Virus record (IMG/VR): IMGVR_UViG_3300045141_000181
Location: 1 to 64,000 of that record
Direction: 5' to 3' (one strand)
Length of the DNA stretch: 64,000 nt
Origin: a virus
Part shown: one piece after another, positions 1 to 10,752 of the stretch
Position numbering within the stretch: the first letter of the stretch is position 1
How the letters are laid out: each line of letters starts with the position of its first letter
Made by a program: the position numbers and the translations under genes
The notes under the pieces: model-generated
What the model was told of the DNA's origin: nothing
The model's database searches: none
The model's input: the letters and a program-made list of their open reading frames with translations, nothing else

Positions 1-961
1 AGGGATTGGACCCATATTGCAAACAATCCCCGGCCGCTGGCGGGCTGCCGATCAGATACGCCATCGCCAATGTGCTTGATCCATTGCCGAACTGATACGT
101 GTTCGACCCGGTATCGTAGGCGATTGCCCCCGCAGCAGTTGGTGCGGCAGCGAGGGACGATGGGACAGTTAGGGCGGTAGACGCCGCAAAGCTGTATGCA
201 AATGCTCCGAACGTAGCGGCAGAGTCGGTGTATACCGTGGTAGAGAACTGTTGCGGCTTAGTCAGCGACGATTGCCCCTGAATCGATGAGGGAGACACCC
301 ATATAGCGACCTGCCCACTGCTGGGCGTCCCTGAACTCGTGACGTTTCCGCCGCCCGCAGGCGTTGCCCATGTCCCATCGCCGCGCCAGAATGTACTGGT
401 CGACGCTCCTGACCCGCTGGCTAGATTGGACACCGGCAAATTGCCGGATACATCTGAAGACAGGCTGACCGCGCTCCAAGTGGGCGCACCGGCCGCTCCG
501 TGCAGCACGGTAGTTGTGGTGCCTAGGGATAATCCCCCGAACGCGCCCGAGTTATTAAACTGCAATGCGCCATTTGCTCCTGCCGGACTTCCGCCACCAC
601 CGCCGCCGCCAGCCTGCGCCGTCCAGACGTTGGTGGCAGTACAGCCATACAGATTCGAGCCGGGAATCTGGGCGGTATTAAAGAACACCATCCCGACTGA
701 GCACGTGCTGGGATTCGTCGGTCCATTCGGTATCTGAAACTTTGCCGTTACGCTCAGTCCCGGTAGCGGACTATTCCCTGACAGAAACAGATCGAGAGAG
801 ACAAAGTTCTGATTGAGAGGGATATTCCAGTTAGGATCATGGGCATTGGGCAAATTCAGCCCAATATTCGGCGTGGTCTGCGCAAGCACCGCACCGCACG
901 CTGCGAGCGTAAGCACGCACGCTTTCATAACGCGCGCTAGGCGCAAAGGCAGACTATTCAT
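1..961 (-). CDS. Tail-fibre-like protein with N-terminal signal peptide (runs off left edge; not in ORF track)
   Basis: Manual translation from ATG 961 (or 928) is open to base 2: [27 protein letters not shown]...[10 protein letters not shown]. Gly/Ser/Thr-rich with fibre-type motifs ([26 protein letters not shown]). Confidence 0.65.
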   Translation of the reverse strand, partial: MNSLPLRLARVMKACVLTLAACGAVLAQTTPNIGLNLPNAHDPNWNIPLNQNFVSLDLFLSGNSPLPGLSVTAKFQIPNGPTNPSTCSVGMVFFNTAQIPGSNLYGCTATNVWTAQAGGGGGGGSPAGANGALQFNNSGAFGGLSLGTTTTVLHGAAGAPTWSAVSLSSDVSGNLPVSNLASGSGASTSTFWRGDGTWATPAGGGNVTSSGTPSSGQVAIWVSPSSIQGQSSLTKPQQFSTTVYTDSAATFGAFAYSFAASTALTVPSSLAAAPTAAGAIAYDTGSNTYQFGNGSSTLAMAYLIGSPPAAGDCLQYGSNP

Positions 962-984
962 TTTTGGGGTCCTGAAAAAGTGGT

Positions 985-1584
985 TTAGTTCTGAATCCAG
1001 AAACTGGTGGGCGGCTCAGTGGTCATAGTGAAGCCACCATTATGCGTGGTGCTGCAGTGTAGATAATCGCCAACAGCCATATGCTCAGAGAACGACACCT
1101 GGTTGGTAGTGAAGGCTATGCTCGTGATTACATTGGGCGCAATAGCAACTTCTGTATCAACCCCTCCAACGTTATGAAAGATTCTTACCTCGAAGAACCC
1201 GCTGGATGTGGTGTCGGCAGACTTGAATTGACATGAGCCGGTGTAGTTTCCAGCAACCGCCGCAATAAATCGTTCCGGATTTACCGTGTTCGAATGCGTG
1301 ATCGCTGAGCCGGTATTGTTGGCATTGTTTGTGTCGAATGACAAATCAGTATCGGTACTGTCTGGTATGACTTGCCCCGTTGACTGTGTCGCCTTTATCC
1401 ACGTCTTGGCACAGGACCCAGCAATCAATTGGCTACTGGAGTTGCTTCCTAGGCACGCTTGACTGGCAGGAACTGACGCGCCGTTGATAGTCGTGGCGTT
1501 CCCAGACGAGCCGCCTGCGGCTGGAAACTGCGTGATCTGCGCGTAGGCGAGTAGCGCGATGAATGATAAGGCTATGAGTCGCAT
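985..1584 (-). CDS. Fibre-like protein with signal peptide and C1q/TNF-like C-terminal head
   Basis: Likely start [16 protein letters not shown] at 1584. C-terminus (TDLSFDT...[10 protein letters not shown]...QF) resembles a C1q-like trimeric head. Confidence 0.5.
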   Translation of the reverse strand: MRLIALSFIALLAYAQITQFPAAGGSSGNATTINGASVPASQACLGSNSSSQLIAGSCAKTWIKATQSTGQVIPDSTDTDLSFDTNNANNTGSAITHSNTVNPERFIAAVAGNYTGSCQFKSADTTSSGFFEVRIFHNVGGVDTEVAIAPNVITSIAFTTNQVSFSEHMAVGDYLHCSTTHNGGFTMTTEPPTSFWIQN

Positions 1585-1591
1585 GATTGGC

Positions 1592-2005
1592 CTAGTTGGT
1601 GAAAACGAATTCATAGGTGAGTCCGGCACCGCTCGCCTGCACGGTTATCCCGCTTTGCGCGAGCACGCCGAACGGCGCATTGAATACCACGTCCGTACCG
1701 GCCGCGATCACTTGCGCATCGAGCGGCAACGGTTGGGGCGATCCCTGTGCGTCCTTGATCGTGACCGTGACGCTGCTGCCACCGGTAGGATTGTGTAACC
1801 AGATGCCGATGATGTGGGCCGTGTGAGCCGTTACGACAGTTGATGTCTGCGGCATCACCTGTGAAACAAACTCTAATGGACCTCCAAACCCGAAGGAGTT
1901 ACCCTGCGGTGGCCATTGCCCATTACGGTTAATGATTGTCGGCGGGGCGGCCAACAGTCCGCAAGCACATAGACCTACGGCCAGCAGATACAACTTTCGC
2001 TTCAT
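1592..2005 (-). CDS. Signal-peptide-bearing beta-rich protein in the tail/fibre region
   Basis: MKRKLYLLAVGLCACGLLA-AP signal; co-oriented in the structural operon. Confidence 0.5.
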   Translation of the reverse strand: MKRKLYLLAVGLCACGLLAAPPTIINRNGQWPPQGNSFGFGGPLEFVSQVMPQTSTVVTAHTAHIIGIWLHNPTGGSSVTVTIKDAQGSPQPLPLDAQVIAAGTDVVFNAPFGVLAQSGITVQASGAGLTYEFVFTN

Positions 2006-2033
2006 GATTTGCTCCAGATGAGGATTGGTGAGA

Positions 2034-2657
2034 CTAGAAACCGGACGGGGCGCTAAAATCTTCTACCGGCGCGGGCGGCGGTGCGCCTTGATACAGCCGC
2101 GCTCTCAAGACCCTACGTGGCGGCACGATGGCCACACGTCCACCGGGCGGCGTTACGGCGCGCGTAGCGGCGATGGTATACGGCAGGCTGGCCGGGGATG
2201 TCGCCGTGCTTTGGACCTCAACGCCTTCGGGAGAATGCGCTGTGACTACCGGCGCATCGGGAGGCAGTTGGCTCTTGTCTGGACTCCCCATCCCGAACTG
2301 CGTGCTGCCCAGTATTTCAGGTAATCGATTCTTGCGCGCTGCGGAGTGAATTGCAGCTTTCTTTATTTGCCCTGGATCGTAAGCGTATACATTGCCGTAG
2401 GAGTCACTCGTGATCGCCACTCCGGGCGGATAGCGCTGCGGCGCGGGCGTGCCTTTGGGCAGCATTACAACTTTACGCAGACCCTGACCCAATTGCGCGA
2501 GTTGCGTGGCAATTGTAGCCGGATGTTCGGGAACGGTGGCCGTTGCTGCCGTCGGAGGCAGCGGGGTGGTTGCGGTCACTCGCTGCACATCCGACGGCTC
2601 TGGCGGTTCCTTCTGCTCCAGCGGTTGCGAATCGACAATATCCCAACCGGATATCAT
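2034..2657 (-). CDS. Hypothetical phage protein (possible internal virion protein)
   Basis: ATGA-coupled to the upstream ejection-protein gene; Pro/Ala-rich. Confidence 0.4.
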   Translation of the reverse strand: MISGWDIVDSQPLEQKEPPEPSDVQRVTATTPLPPTAATATVPEHPATIATQLAQLGQGLRKVVMLPKGTPAPQRYPPGVAITSDSYGNVYAYDPGQIKKAAIHSAARKNRLPEILGSTQFGMGSPDKSQLPPDAPVVTAHSPEGVEVQSTATSPASLPYTIAATRAVTPPGGRVAIVPPRRVLRARLYQGAPPPAPVEDFSAPSGF

Positions 2658-4048
2658 TGCTGTCCGTCCACTTGGGTTATGGTGCCGTTCTCGTCTTTTC
2701 GGATGGTCAGGCCATTCCTGAATTTGTAGGTTCCCGGCGCTAGATTGGCCGTCACGTCAGGCGGCGGCGTCATGGCGGCAGCACCAAACCGGATTACGTT
2801 CTGTGGAATATGCGGCGCAACTGCAGCGGTCGCTTTTCCCAACTTCGTAGCCGCTGCGCGGCTGAGCGCAATACCGAGCTTCGATTTGACCTCGGGACTC
2901 TCCAGCGCCATGCGCAAGTAGTGCGCCGCCGCAATCGCCGTTCCCGTGCCGATACCGCCCTCTACGTGCCCAGTTCCCGCCCCCGCCGCAGCAGCCGCAA
3001 TCGCCGCGAAATAGGGGGTAATGCGCTTGTTTCCCTCGCGCACCACGAACGTACTCAGCGCCCGGTCTAGATCTATGAGGCTGCCTTCATTCTGGTTGAG
3101 CGATCCGATTAGCGGATACGCCTGCTCCAGTTCTTTGCGTAGCGCGTCCGCTAGAACCTGTTTGGCCTCGGTCTTCATCGGGACCGGTTCGCCCGTCCAT
3201 GCCTTCGGTGTCTCCCTGCGAACCTCATCATACAGAGCCTTCTTGGTGGTTTGCGCTTCCGGCCCGTTGAAGTTACCCCCCATTCCTTGTGGCGCGCCCT
3301 GAATTCCGCCGTGCCTGTTTAGGAAATTCTTCTCGACTTCGTCGATGGCGTTGATGTAGGACGGGTCGCCGGAACCCGCCGACCATTTCACGCGCAGATC
3401 ATTCAGCCCCTGGACGATTTTCTGCGGATCAATCTTTTTGTTCGGGTCCTGATGAATGATGTCTGTAATCTGATCATTCAGCGCTTCCCATGCTTGATGC
3501 GCTTGATTCTTTCCGGCTTCGCTTACCGGGATACGATTCTTCAGCCCAGCATCCACCACACTATTCGCATAGTCGATACCCTTGGACGGCGCAGGCATCA
3601 CCGAAGATTGATACAACTGCCTAGGATCTAGATAGCGCCCGAATGCCTTCCCGATGGCCGAAGTGATGAACCGCCCAGTGCCTTCGGATAGCCCCTGCCC
3701 GAGCGCATCCAATCCGACATTCTTGCCGAACTCCGCGAACGATTTGGGAGCTTCCGGAGATCCCAGCGCCACGTCCGAACCCTGCTTAATCGCCGATCCA
3801 GCCGCGCCACCCGCGCCCGCATAGAGCATTGCGGCAGGTATTCCAACTTCCGGCGCTAGAAGACTCCCGACCAAGCCACCCGCCGCTGGCAAATAGCTCG
3901 CCATGCGTTCAGGCAGGTCACTCGGTAGTGTCGGACTCACGTCGCTGTTGTGCGGCAGCAACGCTGGTGCTTGGTATTTCGCAAACGGATCACCAGCGGC
4001 ATCTGGTTGCGCCGGTTGCTGATACTTTGCAAATGGATCGTCAGCCAT
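2654..4048 (-). CDS. Putative DNA ejection/internal virion protein
   Basis: Repeated N-terminal DPFAKYQ motif, Ala/Gly-rich hydrophobic stretches, position after the nozzle gene in a podovirus layout. Confidence 0.55.
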   Translation of the reverse strand: MADDPFAKYQQPAQPDAAGDPFAKYQAPALLPHNSDVSPTLPSDLPERMASYLPAAGGLVGSLLAPEVGIPAAMLYAGAGGAAGSAIKQGSDVALGSPEAPKSFAEFGKNVGLDALGQGLSEGTGRFITSAIGKAFGRYLDPRQLYQSSVMPAPSKGIDYANSVVDAGLKNRIPVSEAGKNQAHQAWEALNDQITDIIHQDPNKKIDPQKIVQGLNDLRVKWSAGSGDPSYINAIDEVEKNFLNRHGGIQGAPQGMGGNFNGPEAQTTKKALYDEVRRETPKAWTGEPVPMKTEAKQVLADALRKELEQAYPLIGSLNQNEGSLIDLDRALSTFVVREGNKRITPYFAAIAAAAAGAGTGHVEGGIGTGTAIAAAHYLRMALESPEVKSKLGIALSRAAATKLGKATAAVAPHIPQNVIRFGAAAMTPPPDVTANLAPGTYKFRNGLTIRKDENGTITQVDGQQ

Positions 4049-5707
4049 CTATTTGACTTTCGCGCCCGGGTGATCCTTTATGAACTGGTCCGCTTGGCTG
4101 GCGTGGATCTTGCCGGTTCGTCCGTCCGGCAGTGTCGCCGTAACCATTGCGTCTTGCGGGACCGCCTGCGCCGCTTCTCCCGGCCCAGTACCAGATTGGC
4201 CGCTACTGCTTGGCAAAGAGCCGCGCTTTTGTAGTCTCTGCCGGGTGGCATTGTCAAAATACTTGCCGGTAGGGAAGTCCTGATTGGTGGCCGCCCTGTA
4301 GCGCTGGTAAATTCCCTCAAACTGACTGTCCATCAACTGATTGACTTCGTCGAGAGCATCCTTACGCACGCTCTCTATCGGGGAGAGCAGGTTGGCCTCT
4401 GATCTCTTGGCTTGGTCTTGGGTCAGTACGCCGCCGCTCACGAGCTTTCCGAACTCCTCCGCGATTGCGTTCGAAACGATATGCAATCGCCGCTGAGCAC
4501 CAGTCGTATTCGTTCCGAGCAGCGGCGAGAACCCTAGTGCTGATGAATTCTTATCGAACCGATCCAGATGGCCCATGATGCGCGTGATGGTGCCAAGATT
4601 CTGCGCGTCTTTGCTGTTCTGGAAATTCTTCTTCCCGAGATAGCGCCCTTCTGTATACGTTGGGTCGATCTGGTAAACCCAGTCCATCGTCTGGTTGTAG
4701 TTTTTGCTACGTGGCGATGGTGCTGGAATGTCGCCGTTCGCAATTGCCTTGAGTCGCGGTAGATCTGATGCGGGTGGCGGCGTACTGACTTCCGCCCCAT
4801 TCCCCGCTGCCGGGGTTCTCATTTCGTGCGCCACTCGCACCTTGTCCGCTTGCTGCGCCCTCAGCGCTTTCGCAGGATCACCGCCGTTAGCGTCCAGATA
4901 GGATTGCCATTCGCTGGTGTTGTGTTCCTTGTTGTTGACTCCTACCGCCGCCTGATATAGCGAATTAGGTACGGCAGTTCCCGGCTTGACACCCATCACG
5001 CTTGCAAGGCCCGGATCCGTGACTACCATCGTCTTTTCTGGCTTCTCGTACTTGCCAGCCGCAACCCTGACGAGTTCAGTGGCGGTCGACGACGGGATCT
5101 TGCTTCCCACTTTCAGGATGTCTCCGCTGGCAGCCGCCATTTCCGGCGTAACTTCGACCAATGGCGGCGTGCGGCCCAAACCCTCCATGTAATCCGCGTG
5201 GGCCTTCTTGTAGGCGATATCCGCCGCAGTCCCGGCATTCTTCCACCACGCTTGATTGCGGGCGGTTTCTGTCTCTGCGGCTTGCTGAAGCGGCGCGACG
5301 CGCGATTTCCATTCGGCCAACTTCTGACCGTAACCCGGCGCGAGGATGTTCTGACTGAGTTCGTTCAGGTCGATCGGGTTGCGTGTTCGGCCTGCGGCAT
5401 TGGAATACCCGGCAGCGGCACCCGCACCCGCGCCTGCGAGTCTCTGCCACCACTTCGGTTCCGGTAGGACCGGCTGTTTAGCAAGCTCTGCTGCGAGTGC
5501 TTGGTTAGCCGGTCCCACGACGGGCGGGGGACCACCGGAATCCGTTGGCGGCGGTGCGATCGGAGGCGCGGCCACAGCGACAGGAGCGGGACCGACTGGC
5601 AACGCAGCGCCCGGATCAGGGACGCCTCCGCGCATTTGCGCAAGCTCCTCGTCGGTCATCGGAGGAAGCAAGTCCTCGTCGTCGCCGATGTAATTGACGC
5701 TAGCCAC
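4049..5707 (-). CDS. Putative DNA ejection/internal virion protein
   Basis: 552 aa, helical, Ala/Pro-rich; sits in the three-gene ejection block. Confidence 0.5.
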   Translation of the reverse strand: MASVNYIGDDEDLLPPMTDEELAQMRGGVPDPGAALPVGPAPVAVAAPPIAPPPTDSGGPPPVVGPANQALAAELAKQPVLPEPKWWQRLAGAGAGAAAGYSNAAGRTRNPIDLNELSQNILAPGYGQKLAEWKSRVAPLQQAAETETARNQAWWKNAGTAADIAYKKAHADYMEGLGRTPPLVEVTPEMAAASGDILKVGSKIPSSTATELVRVAAGKYEKPEKTMVVTDPGLASVMGVKPGTAVPNSLYQAAVGVNNKEHNTSEWQSYLDANGGDPAKALRAQQADKVRVAHEMRTPAAGNGAEVSTPPPASDLPRLKAIANGDIPAPSPRSKNYNQTMDWVYQIDPTYTEGRYLGKKNFQNSKDAQNLGTITRIMGHLDRFDKNSSALGFSPLLGTNTTGAQRRLHIVSNAIAEEFGKLVSGGVLTQDQAKRSEANLLSPIESVRKDALDEVNQLMDSQFEGIYQRYRAATNQDFPTGKYFDNATRQRLQKRGSLPSSSGQSGTGPGEAAQAVPQDAMVTATLPDGRTGKIHASQADQFIKDHPGAKVK

Positions 5708-6797
5708 GTTGCCCCTTATACGGCTGTCTGGTCTTGGCCGCTGGCATCTTCGCCATGCTTGGGCGGGTCTTTGCGCCAGCGCGGTAAGACAGCGGCACTA
5801 CCGCTTCGTTCTTTTGCAGCCGCACTTCCGTAGGCTGAGTGAAGATCCCGCCTCTGCCCTGCGGCATGCCTCCGTCTTCGAGATAGTGGTGAGCAATATT
5901 CCCCGCCGCTTCGCCGATCTCCTGATACGGCGTGACCTTGCTCCACGGCTGTTGAGTCATGGGTTGCTGTGGCTGTTGTGCGGCCATCTTGAGCCGCTGC
6001 AGCCATGAAGTAGGCGCGGATACTGGAGGCGCGCTCTCAGCAATCGCCACGTCCGGATACAGTTCATATCCACCCGATGGCGTTAGGTCTATCCCGCCGT
6101 CTTCGTAATAGTTGTTCGGCCCGCTCGGGCCGCTTTTCAAATCTATAATCTTTTCGGGACCAGCCTCGCCAACTACCGCAGGAGTTCCTCCACTTTCTAT
6201 TCCACCGTCTCCCAATTTCTTTAATCCGCCAAGACCACCAGCAACTGCGCCCACTATCTTGTCGAACGTGGAAGGCAATTGCGCTGCAGTCGTGGTGGCC
6301 TGCGCTTGTCTGCCGTACTCGTTCTGGGCATTCTGGTTCTGCTCCTGCTGCAATCCGCCGTAGTAGTTCAGCGCCTGATCCTGCTGTCCGAGCCGCGCAT
6401 TGCCGATAGTCTGCTCGCGTTGCGCTGCCGTATTCGATGCCGCAATGCGGGCCTGCGTCATGGCATCCCCAGCCGCCGCACCACCTTGCTGGGCCGCGCG
6501 GGCTCGATACGTGGCTAGCGCTGCGGGATTTCCTCCCGCTGCGGCTGCCGCCCGTTCCGCCGCTCCAACTGCGGCTTGATTTTGGACCCCGGCAGAGATA
6601 CCCGCGCCTGTGACGATTTGCTGTTGCTGTTCCGGTGTGAGTTCAATCCCAGCCGTTTCCGCTGCGTTATAACCGCCTAGACCCTGCGCAAGCGGGTCCT
6701 CAATTCCACCCAGATAGTCCTGCGTGGCGTTGCGCTGCTGCTCGGCGAGCTGCGCGCGCTGCTTTTCCTGATCGCTTAAATTAGTAAGACTTGCCAT
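5700..6797 (-). CDS. Putative pilot/ejection protein (P22 gp7-like position)
   Basis: Q/A/G-rich; carries DGG...VVGEAGPE and GGIF...NEAVVPL motifs typical of injected virion proteins. Confidence 0.55.
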   Translation of the reverse strand: MASLTNLSDQEKQRAQLAEQQRNATQDYLGGIEDPLAQGLGGYNAAETAGIELTPEQQQQIVTGAGISAGVQNQAAVGAAERAAAAAGGNPAALATYRARAAQQGGAAAGDAMTQARIAASNTAAQREQTIGNARLGQQDQALNYYGGLQQEQNQNAQNEYGRQAQATTTAAQLPSTFDKIVGAVAGGLGGLKKLGDGGIESGGTPAVVGEAGPEKIIDLKSGPSGPNNYYEDGGIDLTPSGGYELYPDVAIAESAPPVSAPTSWLQRLKMAAQQPQQPMTQQPWSKVTPYQEIGEAAGNIAHHYLEDGGMPQGRGGIFTQPTEVRLQKNEAVVPLSYRAGAKTRPSMAKMPAAKTRQPYKGQRG

Positions 6798-6806
6798 GCA
6801 TGTCCT

Positions 6807-7070
6807 TTATGGGGTGAAGCTCTTGAGAATTCCGTTGGTGAAGGCCAGCGTGCTACTGCCGGTATTGGCCGCATTGCCAACTACCGCGCTCACCGTTGCC
6901 CCTGCTGTGATCTGCGCCTGAATAGCCGTTATGGCCTGCTGCATCGACGCGACGGTAGTTTGCATTATGTTGATCGTGGTCATCAGGTCGTCTAAATCCT
7001 TAGCGGCCGACTGCAACGCAGGCTGGCCGGTCGAGCGCAACTGCATTTGCGATTGAAGTTGGAAGGCCAT
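6807..7070 (-). CDS. Small coiled-coil virion protein (tail needle-like)
   Basis: Heptad-like N-terminus; C-terminal LAFTNGIL motif resembles the tailspike C-terminus (LVFTGGIL). Confidence 0.4.
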   Translation of the reverse strand: MAFQLQSQMQLRSTGQPALQSAAKDLDDLMTTINIMQTTVASMQQAITAIQAQITAGATVSAVVGNAANTGSSTLAFTNGILKSFTP

Positions 7071-7073
7071 AAA

Positions 7074-9434
7074 CTACCGGTTGAAAAGACCCTGTTTTTC
7101 GTAGGGCTTCAGCATTGACAACTCCCACCAATCCCCTACTGCGTTTGTGCCGACGCGAATCGTATAGTTCTCGATCTGCGAAATGTCAAACTTCAGCCCG
7201 TACATGATGCCAGGATCCGGAGTGAGCGTTGCCGGGACTCCTGCGGTAGATTGCAATTGCGGATTCACGCTGATCACGTGACCAGGACCATAGACCCAGC
7301 AAATCGCCGTTCCGCTTCCGCGTATCCACACATCGCAATAACCGACGCGAATCATGTTCGAAATGATCTCGTTCCCGCGCGCTAGGCCGCACTCCCAAAA
7401 ACTCTCGATGGCATGGCCTTGGTCGGCGCGCACCGTAGCGTCGAAATGCGCCATGCTCCCTGCGGCAGAAGGACCAATCCACAAATTAGATTGATTCGTG
7501 CTGTCTTCCTTGACTACGCCTAGCGCACTAAACACTGCCGGATTAAACACATCGATTCCGATATCCACCGTGTTGTACGTCAGTCCATTCGTGTAGTCGA
7601 TCACGAACATCGCATTTGGCTCAGTGACGCCCACTCCGAACGGACACCCAACATACAACTTGTGCGCTACCGTGTCATCGGCCATCTGAATTGCATAGGC
7701 CGCTTTCCAGTTGACGGTTGCCCATTCGTCCTGCAGATATGTCAGTGGCAATTCAGCGTATGACCCAGTGAAAAGATATACTCCCGATTCCGTAGTGATC
7801 CACGCATAATTCCCGCCCGTTCGATAGCAAACGCAATTCGCAAATGGAGCACCGAGCGCATCAGATACCCGGACCGGGGGTGCCCACGTCGCGGGAATGT
7901 CATTGTTGTCGGTCACGTACGCCGTCCAGCGGTCGCCCGTCAGGATAAGCGCCGTGCCTCCAGGCATTCCGAAGGCATAACCGAACTTGCGCTGGGATGG
8001 CATTAGGACCTGATTGCGGTCCTGCGCGATCGACTGCGGATTATTGATGTCTGAGGCGTATAGAATCGTGCCGTTCCCGTAGAGCATCCGCAGACCGTAA
8101 TTGCCGACAAACGAAGGATTGAATGGGCCAGCCCCTAGATCGTCCTGAGACAGAAGCAGGAATTGATCGTTAGCCGAATCAGCGGATGCCGCGAGATCCG
8201 CATCCGAGATATTTGCGGTAAACGGTAGATCGATCGCGTTGTTAAACGGTACTGGCTGCTCGCCTACTGATCCGGTCGTCAAGTCAGTTGGCACAAAGTA
8301 CCAATTCGCCGGATTATCCGCGCGGGTCATGATCAGAAACAGCATCGCCCCGCTGCCGCCGTCTGCAAGCGGAGGGAGAGTCACAGTTATGTCGATCCTG
8401 CGGTTGTCCGACGAAAGCGTAACCGACATCGGCGTACTGAAGATCGTAGTCGTTGGTCGGCCAGCATATCCAGTACGATTCTGATAAACGAAGCCAAGGA
8501 GATGCGTCCCAATGGTGCAGAATCCCGCTGCGGCATCGACGGCCGTAAAGTCCGTCGGTGTGATTGGACCGCGAAACGCCAGATCTACAGTATTGCCGTC
8601 CGTCACGCGCGTCTGAATTACGCCATTGCCGAGCGTATCGTATGCGGCAACGTACAGCCACTTGTCCAGCGGCGCGAAGCTTGGTTCCCGCGCGGTCGAT
8701 GTGTCCGCAACGATGGTAAGAATGTTTCCGTCAGACTGGCGATAGCGCTTGATGGCTCCCGGCGATACGCCCTCTTGATACATCACCAGATTTTGTTCGC
8801 TCGTGGCGGGGCTGTTGATGTAGAAGATTCCGTATGCCTGAATCGTATTGGCGGCCGAATCTGTCGCGACCACTTGCAGCAGATGAGCGCCCGCCGCTAG
8901 TCCGGAAGCATCTACCGTCAGCGCCCAGCCGAAATTAGGGGAGCCAGCCATTCCGGGCCTTGCTGCGGCTACGTCGGTGCGCGGAATGCCGATTGTCACA
9001 GTCCCGGCTGGCGCGATGCCGTCTATTACCATCGTCACGCCCGTAACCGTATTGACCGCTCCAGCGACTGCCCATCCGAAGAAATTGATATTTAGTACGC
9101 CACCGACCGGAGTGTAGACAAACGTGTGTGATGGCTCCGGATTGTCGATCTGGATCTCGAAATCTCCGTCAAGATTGTGATAGTTCCCGCCCGGTGCGCC
9201 TACAAGATTCTGGATTCCCGGCTCGATCCAGTTGTAAATACCGGTCACTTTAGCCGACACTGTTGGATTGATCGCGATGGTTCCAGGGCGCATACCGGAC
9301 ACTCCCGGAGAGATCCGCGCATTCTGCATTGCAGAGGCGCGCGCGGGCGTTCCCTTACGTTTCTGCGCAGTGGTCGACCATTGGCCCCTCGGCGTAGTGA
9401 TTTCCTTGCCGGGGGCAAATCCGCTGATTGACAT
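7074..9434 (-). CDS. Tail nozzle/stabilisation protein (P22 gp10 / T7 gp12-like) with inserted Ig-like domain
   Basis: 786 aa, beta-rich, propeller-like repeats (ILYASDINNPQS); position between head-completion and ejection genes. Confidence 0.6.
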   Translation of the reverse strand: MSISGFAPGKEITTPRGQWSTTAQKRKGTPARASAMQNARISPGVSGMRPGTIAINPTVSAKVTGIYNWIEPGIQNLVGAPGGNYHNLDGDFEIQIDNPEPSHTFVYTPVGGVLNINFFGWAVAGAVNTVTGVTMVIDGIAPAGTVTIGIPRTDVAAARPGMAGSPNFGWALTVDASGLAAGAHLLQVVATDSAANTIQAYGIFYINSPATSEQNLVMYQEGVSPGAIKRYRQSDGNILTIVADTSTAREPSFAPLDKWLYVAAYDTLGNGVIQTRVTDGNTVDLAFRGPITPTDFTAVDAAAGFCTIGTHLLGFVYQNRTGYAGRPTTTIFSTPMSVTLSSDNRRIDITVTLPPLADGGSGAMLFLIMTRADNPANWYFVPTDLTTGSVGEQPVPFNNAIDLPFTANISDADLAASADSANDQFLLLSQDDLGAGPFNPSFVGNYGLRMLYGNGTILYASDINNPQSIAQDRNQVLMPSQRKFGYAFGMPGGTALILTGDRWTAYVTDNNDIPATWAPPVRVSDALGAPFANCVCYRTGGNYAWITTESGVYLFTGSYAELPLTYLQDEWATVNWKAAYAIQMADDTVAHKLYVGCPFGVGVTEPNAMFVIDYTNGLTYNTVDIGIDVFNPAVFSALGVVKEDSTNQSNLWIGPSAAGSMAHFDATVRADQGHAIESFWECGLARGNEIISNMIRVGYCDVWIRGSGTAICWVYGPGHVISVNPQLQSTAGVPATLTPDPGIMYGLKFDISQIENYTIRVGTNAVGDWWELSMLKPYEKQGLFNR

Positions 9435-9478
9435 TTGGAGGGATGGCAGCCGCCCCGGTTAGAACGGCTGCCGGTTTA

Positions 9479-10096
9479 CTACAGGGTTACGATTGAATAC
9501 CAGATCTGGACTTTTGCGGTTCCAGTTCCGGCCGCAAATGCCGTTGACCCGTTGGTGATATCGATACCGAGGTTCGCCGGTACAGTCAGCGCGGTTGCAC
9601 TCGCGTTACCGAGCACAACGTTCTGACTCCCAGCACCACCGGTTACAACGGCCGCAGCAATCGTTCCGGTATGAGCGATGCTTGATCCGTGGTAATCGAA
9701 CTCGACCGTGCCGCCTCCGGTGAATGCTGTCGATGTGCGCGTCATCTCAAACAAGATCTGCTTGACGACGATAGCCTTACCCGCCCCAGGTGCGGCGAGG
9801 ATGGAGACGGGTGCCCCGTTCATTGCAATGATATTGGCAGCCGTCAGGCTGACGGTTGCGGCAGAGAGCGTGGATCCGTCAGCAAATACGACGTTGTTGT
9901 TCGCGTCGACTCCAATGATGTTGACGACGCCCGTATTGGCCGCATTGATCGCAGTAACGAATTCGCCGTTGAGGATCGTCGGGGGTTGCCCGAATTGCGT
10001 AGACTCTCCCGTGTTGCCGAACCATCCATATTGCATGGTTCTGCGCAGAGAGGCTAGAAAGTTCGTTTTTGTTCCTGTTGCTGGTGCGAATGCCAT
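9479..10096 (-). CDS. Virion structural protein (head fibre/decoration-like)
   Basis: Ala/Thr/Gly-rich beta protein in the structural operon with an SD upstream. Confidence 0.45.
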   Translation of the reverse strand: MAFAPATGTKTNFLASLRRTMQYGWFGNTGESTQFGQPPTILNGEFVTAINAANTGVVNIIGVDANNNVVFADGSTLSAATVSLTAANIIAMNGAPVSILAAPGAGKAIVVKQILFEMTRTSTAFTGGGTVEFDYHGSSIAHTGTIAAAVVTGGAGSQNVVLGNASATALTVPANLGIDITNGSTAFAAGTGTAKVQIWYSIVTL

Positions 10097-10128
10097 GGTA
10101 GTTTCCTCTTTTCTCGGGAGACTACCCG

Positions 10129-10587
10129 CTAATTCACATTCTGGCCGCCGCGTGCATAGACGAGATAGAACGTTACCGTCTCGCTACATGCACCGTCGGC
10201 AAACTCAGTCGTACCGTTGTAAAGACGGATCGTGGCTGGGCAAGTCGCCAACTGTAAATCGGGTCGCACATTGGTCGATGATCCACCGGCGAACGGGTAC
10301 GTGGCAGGATTCGTGTATGTCGGCGTGCCAACGACCAGCGCGGCAGGCAGATACTTACCGGTCGACGATACTCCCTCTACCGACAATCCGACCACGTCAG
10401 CCGGATTAATGTAGGCCATCGAGAACGGTGCGGCTTGAGTGAGCGGGATGGTGAGGTCAATCGGTAGACCACCGCTTGCTGTGGCGTAAGTAGTGGCCGA
10501 TGCGACGACGGTCACTTGAATAAAAGACGGATCTGCGCCTACGGCGATTCTGCCGAAACTGGCGACACTTTGCGTGGTTGCAGCCAT
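10129..10587 (-). CDS. Virion structural protein (decoration-like)
   Basis: Start MAATTQ at 10587 after AAGGAG; YATASGGLPIDL motif. Confidence 0.45.
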   Translation of the reverse strand: MAATTQSVASFGRIAVGADPSFIQVTVVASATTYATASGGLPIDLTIPLTQAAPFSMAYINPADVVGLSVEGVSSTGKYLPAALVVGTPTYTNPATYPFAGGSSTNVRPDLQLATCPATIRLYNGTTEFADGACSETVTFYLVYARGGQNVN

Positions 10588-10680
10588 TGAAATTCTCCTT
10601 ATTTCAATCTGATAAACGGTTCGGGGTTGATACAAACGCGGCGCACCGCGTCAAGACTTTGAGATTGTTGGTTTTCGACT

Positions 10681-10752
10681 TACAATAGAAAAGGCCCCGC
10701 GCTATGCCAATAGCGCTAAGGGCCATGCACGCGAGCGATTGAGGCGCTCAAT
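10681..10752 (+). promoter_or_regulatory. -10 box plus two-hairpin leader of HNH gene
   Basis: TACAAT at 10681, hairpin GGCCC-c-GCGCTA/TAGCGC-taa-GGGCC, then GAGCG/CGCTC hairpin enclosing the SD. Confidence 0.55.

Noticed and set aside
339-737. Plus-strand proline-rich ORF, and the many similar antisense ORFs in the track
   Set aside because: Shadow frames of Gly-rich minus-strand genes in GC-rich DNA; no SD or family motifs.
5700-6250. Tape measure protein (GEAGPE motif)
   Set aside because: Only 365 aa, and no tail tube or sheath genes were seen; better explained as a podovirus ejection protein.
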